Below, piece after piece: positions 57,981-64,000 of a stretch of 64,000 nt of DNA (position 1 is the first letter of the stretch; every line of letters begins with the position of its first letter). Position numbers and translations under genes: made by a program. The notes beneath the pieces were generated by a model, which was given only the letters and a program-made list of their open reading frames with translations, made no database searches and was not told the DNA's origin. This DNA comes from Nymphon striatum (taxonomy: Eukaryota): contig JABFOP010000357.1 of assembly GCA_016618385.1 (NCBI GenBank), positions 351,545 through 415,544 of the forward strand. Reading direction: 5' to 3'.

Positions 57981-60444
57981 GCAAAGCCATCTATTTGTTC
58001 GAATAACTTGTTTGTTGAATTGAAAAAGTTGATTGGTAGTGGCTATTCTGAGCAATTGCTGAAGTCATCTTTGGATAGTTGCAGATTGTATTTTTTATTA
58101 AACAAAGCGTCGCCAGGGCCTGATTCAGGCCGATTTTGATACCGTTTAAACGGGTTTGGGCGCCCAAACTCCAAAGTAATTTTTTTTTAATCTGAAAAAA
58201 AAAAAATTCAAAAAAAAAAATTTCTATGCTAAACAAATTGCTGAGAAATGGTGTTCTGTGAAAGAGAGACGAATCTTCTCCAATTAAGAGCAGACTTCAG
58301 TCGTGAAATTATGAAAATGATCATCAGAAATTATGAATAAAGTAAGTAAACATGCAAAACAAAGTCTTCATAAAGCATAAAATGACAATATGGGCGGGCA
58401 GGCAGTAAACTGTTTTATTCTCATAAAAGTGTAATCTTTTTAGTAATAAAGACATACAAGTTTGAAAATTTTAAAATTATGGCTACATGTGACCTGTGGG
58501 TTACCTGTATCAAAAAATGTATTTTTATATTATCTTGATATAAAGTTAACATGATCAATCAAAGACGACCTTGCATATTTAAAAAAATATATAATTGCGA
58601 TTTGATCATGTTTAATTTTGTCAAGTCCAGAAGAATGTTAGGTCATTTTTCAGTCTCTGGTTGGTGTAACATGTGGTCACTCTAATTGCTTATTACTTTT
58701 TCCCATGGTGCTCCAAAATGGCTTCATTTTATCATACAAAATCTTTTTTTTCTCTAAAAAACAGGCATAAGCTTTGCATTTGATTTATTGTCACATGATG
58801 GTGCCCAAACGTTTTCCCTGGATTAGGCCCTGGTTGCTGAAAGCTTTATCCACTAATATTTTTATGGTTTCTTCTATTGGATCATTCGTGAATAAAGACT
58901 TGACATCATACGAAATCAACACATCTGTGGATTGAATATGGGTGTGAATATACGTAGCTCTTCGGAGAAGTTGAAAATATCATTGATGCAGAATTCATTG
59001 ACCGATAATGATTTGAGCTTGTCGTCCAACCATTTTGCGAGATTGGTCTCATGGATAATTCATTCTTGTGGGTTCATAACTAGAAAGAAAACGATTGGCT
59101 TTAGTAGAAATTCTGTCATTATTTCAGACATGATTTTTTTTCTCAAACATATAAACAATCTATTTTTTCGAAAAGCAGAACTCAAACAAAATTTAATTGC
59201 ATGTCTCCATCTAACAGAATGTTTAACATAGTCCAGAAAATTACACTTTCTTCAAATATGTTGTCCAATGGATTGACCAACGGTCATGTGTTTGATGTTG
59301 AGGACCTATAATTGAAGTTTGTATTACACGAGACATTTTTTAATAAAAGTTTTACTTTTACATTTCAGTTGCCTTAGTTATTTTCTAGTAATTTTTAAAA
59401 AAGAGAACCACAAAGTTTCAAGATTGCTGTTTTGTTTTCAGTCTTGGTGGCTTACAACAAAAGAATTAAAAACATAACACAAATTGTGCTAGGAATAAAT
59501 ATTATATGTATTGCAAGGTTTGCCAAGATGCAAAATTGAAAAATAAATTTGCAATGGCAGGTACTTGTAACCAACTTTAACGTTAGTGTTATATGGGGAG
59601 ATAAACAATCAGAATCGTAGGAAATTATATTATTTTCACTTTGAAAATGCGTCAAAATTCATATTCTTGATCGTGGCATTGATCAAGCTTTTCAATGAAG
59701 AGTGGTAAATTTATCATCTATTTAATCCCAGTACAGCTTCATTCAAATGGAGGGAATTATATATGTTTGCATAACTTTCAAACACAGCAGCTAGATCTTA
59801 CAGATATGTACACACAGTTGTCTGCATGTTTTATCTGGAAAAAAAAAGGATCAAATTTACAATGTCTGCAGTGATGCATCTGGGCCGCGCCTTTGCGCCT
59901 TCTACGCATTTTGACAGCTTCTGGCGCAACCTGTCAAATTCAGTGCGCCATAAACGGCGCAAAAAAAACATGCTTGGCTCACTTTTCAATAACTCCCGCG
60001 CCATAAAAAAAAAGATTGTGATATGCTTTGTTTGTGGACAAATAAATGTAATAACACAAATCTCCAATGTTCTTGGGCTTTTTTTGAAGAATATTTGTCT
60101 GCCTTCGGCGCTAGCTTCTCCTTGGCCCCTCTTCTGGCCCCCTTCTTTCACTTCCCAGATGCATCACTGTGTCTGGTATAAAATATTTACATATCAGCAA
60201 AGAACTTATTTTCAATTAACAGATTTAGATTGCAAAAATTTCCTGATTTGGTCCTTTAATGAAAGCACAGGTTCAACTATAATCTTCTAAAAATAATATC
60301 AATCTACATAAAGAGATATTAAAATACATCCTCTGCCCATAAAGTTTAAAAAATAAAAGTTAAAAAAATATAGATTGCATTTCCAAAGAAAGACAGATCA
60401 CAAATAAAGAAAAGTTATTTCAGAAAAAGAAAAGCAAAGCATAC

Positions 60445-60892
60445 TTTCTCCTAGTTTTTCTGAAAGGTCTATTTCATCTTTGGATGACACCTTGTTGATT
60501 ATATTTATCGAAGTCTCTGTTCTATTACAATCATTAGATTTATCAACTATAGATGAGCTTGATGATTGAAAAATATCATTTTTTTTTAATATGTCAGGAA
60601 CGGCATTTCCAACACTAGAATCACATATTTTAGATGGATGACACACAGGAACTTCTTTATCATTGTTTAATTTTTTGTGACTAGCTAAAGTCTGAGAACG
60701 GCTAACAGTAGATGCTAGAAAACTTTCAGCATCAAGCCAAAATTTGATGAATCTATCAGCTTTACAAGAGTCTAAATATTGTATGAAGTATGCCAAAGCA
60801 CTGTGATCATTAACTAATTCCTGAATAGATTTTGATAGGCGTGACTTTGTCCGTGAGAGAATGGAAGCAACTTTTTCATTATAGGAAGACAT
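60445..60892 (-). CDS. AKAP10: AKAP10 first coding exon (MSSYNEKVASILSRTKSRLSKSIQELVNDHSALAYFIQYLDSCKADRFIKFWLDAESFLASTVSRSQ…DLSEKLGE-) with RGS domain 1
   Basis: It matches human AKAP10 'VLHDTIVLPYFIQFMELRRMEHLVKFWLEAESFHSTTWSRI'. The ATG at 60892 is preceded by an acceptor at 60894-60895. The donor is GAAA|gtatgc at 60444. Confidence 0.8.
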
Positions 60893-63800
60893 GGCTGAAA
60901 TAAAAGTAAAATAATAACATTGAGTTAAATTTACAGGTTGCTAAATATTCAACATGTTAATATATATTTTCCAAGCAAATACTGAAATACTGGCATCCAG
61001 GGTTTCCGCTGTCATTTGCCAAATTCGCCAATGGCGAAAAAATGATTTGAATTAAATGATTAAATGATTAGCTCGCTGAAATATAATGTTGGCTAATTTT
61101 ATAAATCTCATATCAAATGGCAATTCATTTTGTTATAATATTTTAGATGAATATTATACCGAAAAATTGTATTTACAATATTAACACACTTTGATTTGTT
61201 GATCAGTTTTGAGAATGAAAAAAGCAGCCGATATTTTTGGCCTTAGGAATTTGTAGTAAATGATTGCAAAATTTCATGAATGAAATGATACAGCGCCATA
61301 GTTAGCTGTTTTCATGTCTCAAAAGTACTAAGATAAATGTAGAAATATCAATTTGTTACATATTCTATGTTTCAGGCATAATAGTTATTGGTATTACCAA
61401 TTTCAAAATATATGTCATATTAACATGTTTTCTTGTAGAACTGTTAAAATATCTCTTAATTAATGGGACTATTTTTACGCGGATTATTGTAATCTATACT
61501 ATCAACCAATGCTACAAATTGAGTCATTTGGTCACATATATTACTTTTGGGATGGAAATTGAATCCATAAGTTGTTTTTTAATTATTTTAAATGTTTTAA
61601 AGATATTATGTGATACAAAGGATATGTAATATCAATTAGAAGAAAAACGTCAGTATTTTGTCATCTATTTCAGTTAATTTGTCCTTGACTTGTATGAGAG
61701 TATGCGAGTATATACGGTAATTGACATACTAGTAAAAGCAAAGATAAACTATACACAAAAAAGAAAAAGACATCACTACTCACAAAGACATTGAGAGAAA
61801 TTTGGGACATCACTAATACAAGAATTTTCAGCACCAAAAGTCAAATCAATTTCTGAATTTGTAGTGCTAGTTCCACCATTTGATTCAAATATAGCTGTGC
61901 TGCCACTGCTGCTAGCTAAGGACAGTGTCCTTTCTACAAAATAAAAACAGAAATAAACAAAATATCTGAAATGAGATCGTTTCTTTTTTCTTTTTTTTTT
62001 TCAAAAATAAAGCAAACAAAAAATGTAATTACCATGTTTCTTTTTAAATAGCGGCATCACAGAAACAAGCATTGATTATTTCCTAGCAGAAGCTGAAATA
62101 AAATTATATTTTACTTAAGTTTTCTTTTTTTAACCTCTATAGAATCCTACAATCACCCAAGTTACATTGCTATGAAGCAAGGTATCTTGAACAGACAATA
62201 AAATTTACTCTGACTGAACCATATACTACCACCTTTACAACAGCCTTTAATAAATTTCAAAAGATTAAAATATGTGTTACTGATTTTTGAATTAAAGTCT
62301 CCTAAACTTTGTCCATCGAAAAAGATATAGAGGATATAGAATGAGTGATCGTTGCTTACGAAATATATGGAACGAGTCAACTTTGTTTTTATTTCAGCGA
62401 GCCTTGGCGAGCTGAAATTAAAACTAAGTTGACGAGTTCCATATATCTCGTGAGCAGCGGGCACGAATTTTATATTCTGTTTATCGCACAACCGACAGGT
62501 AGCTTTGAAAATGAATTTATTAATTAAAATAGATTTTAAAATTGATTCATTTTGTGCCAGTCAAGCTAAAAAAAAAGAAAAATTGTTGAGAGGGTGAGAG
62601 GGTTAGAACGGGAGGAGAAACAATTTAACAAAATCCCAGACAGACAAGGTTGGGAGTTGGGTGTGAAAAGAAATTCAATACCAATGTTGGGAGAGAATGC
62701 GTCACGAAACAAAGAATTTAGTTTAAAACAGGTGGTAAATAAATTCATAGAAGACAAAAAATAGCTCATTTTTGCATATAATAACTTTATTTTTTTTTAA
62801 ATATATAGCTTGATTATACATTATGGAAAGTTATGAAAAATATTTTACATTTGGAAAATTATGAAAAATATTTTATGGTAAAAAAAAAATAGCTCATTTT
62901 AACAGAAATAAACATACACGCTTCAAAAGTGGGTGATGTCTTTTGATAATATCCGATTTCTTCCATTCAACAAAATAGAAATGACACAAGAAAGAAAAAA
63001 TAAATTTGTCGTAGGCGACATTCAAAATCTCAGACTTCCCGTGTCTGTAATCCACACCAATATAAGGACGTGTCCTTATACGATATATATAGGGACGTGT
63101 CCTTATACAGGAAATATAAGAACTCTAAATGCATGCAATAAAGTCAAGGTTGTGCGATAAAGAAACATACGGCATTATATCTGAGTCAACTTTCAAAAAC
63201 TGAAGAGCATGGTAAAAAAATAAAATGACTGTTGCAGTGATCAAATAATGTGGAAATTGTCATTTTGTTTGGACAAAGGTTACTACAGGCCTTAAATTTT
63301 AATATTTTAGGGGCAAGGCCACTTTGGCCTTGAAGAACTCAAAATGTGTAAGGACACAAAGGCCAGCGAGACGCTGTGTTTTGTTTGTCGGTTGAAGAAC
63401 AAAATCAGTACTGAAAAAAGACACGACGGCCAACAAAGAAATACACTGGTCGTAAAGAAGGTAATTTTTCAAGGGGCACCTCGGTTAGTAAGAAGGGCGA
63501 CGACAGCCATGACTGCCGTTAAATTTAAGCAAAGAGTATAATGACTAGCAGAGGTGGAGTTGGGCCGATCGTTCGGCTGCTAATACCCTATCCTCGTAAA
63601 GCTCAATAAATGTAAATTTTCAGACGCAAGTTGAGGACAAAATAACTTCTGTAGGTAGAACATTCCACTATTTCACAACCCTCCAATAGAAAATATTCTG
63701 TCAAATCTCAAGTCTAGAATGAAAAATGGCAAATTTCTGGTCATGACCTCCGGTAGGTAGTTGGGAAACTTGAATTTGAAGATGAAAAAAAGCACCAAAA

Positions 63801-64000
63801 CTCATGTCCACTAACCCATGAACAACACGGTATACCATGAAAATATTTCTGTTAATTCTTCTATCATATGGAGTAGTAAGATTAAGTCTCTGCAGTCATT
63901 CCAGGTAGACTAAATAGGAAAATCCTAGGAGGCGTAGAGTGAATAGCCTCTGAACCCTCTCAATTAGGGTAGTATCCCATACAAAGTAAGGATTCCATAT

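Overview
This window is AT-rich metazoan nuclear DNA, not prokaryotic. It has spliced genes with GT-AG introns, LINE, SINE and MITE repeats, and no CRISPR or operon structure. Three conserved protein-coding genes can be reconstructed by eye from homology. (1) The 3' half of a syntaxin-1 gene lies on the + strand: 118-5886 for the exon-A form, 118-7534 with the alternative exon B. Its SNARE-domain exons are followed by two alternative terminal exons that each encode a different transmembrane anchor. (2) A complete major vault protein (MVP) gene lies on the + strand, with 13 coding exons across 27327-36819 encoding about 858 aa. It includes one GC-AG intron and several transposon insertions in its introns. 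(3) An AKAP10 (D-AKAP2, dual RGS-domain A-kinase anchor protein) gene lies on the - strand from about 60892 down to 46450. I mapped 10 of its exons; the middle exons for the second RGS domain were not located. There is also a weakly supported unidentified gene on the - strand (14161-18596) and an orphan exon-like segment (11792-11835). The rest is dominated by mobile DNA. This includes four 5'-truncated LINE fragments with (ATG)n-type tails and Penelope-like RT and GIY-YIG fragments. There is a Tc1-like and a pogo-like DNA transposon remnant, and two piggyBac-type MITEs flanked by TTAA. Several other MITE and foldback families are present, plus a tRNA-derived SINE, two tRNA-like sequences and two large palindromes. 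A 28S rDNA fragment sits inside a syntaxin intron. The taxon is probably a lophotrochozoan-like invertebrate, but that is a guess from gene content (MVP present), AT-richness and TE types only. Coordinates were read by hand and may be off by 1-2 nt in places.
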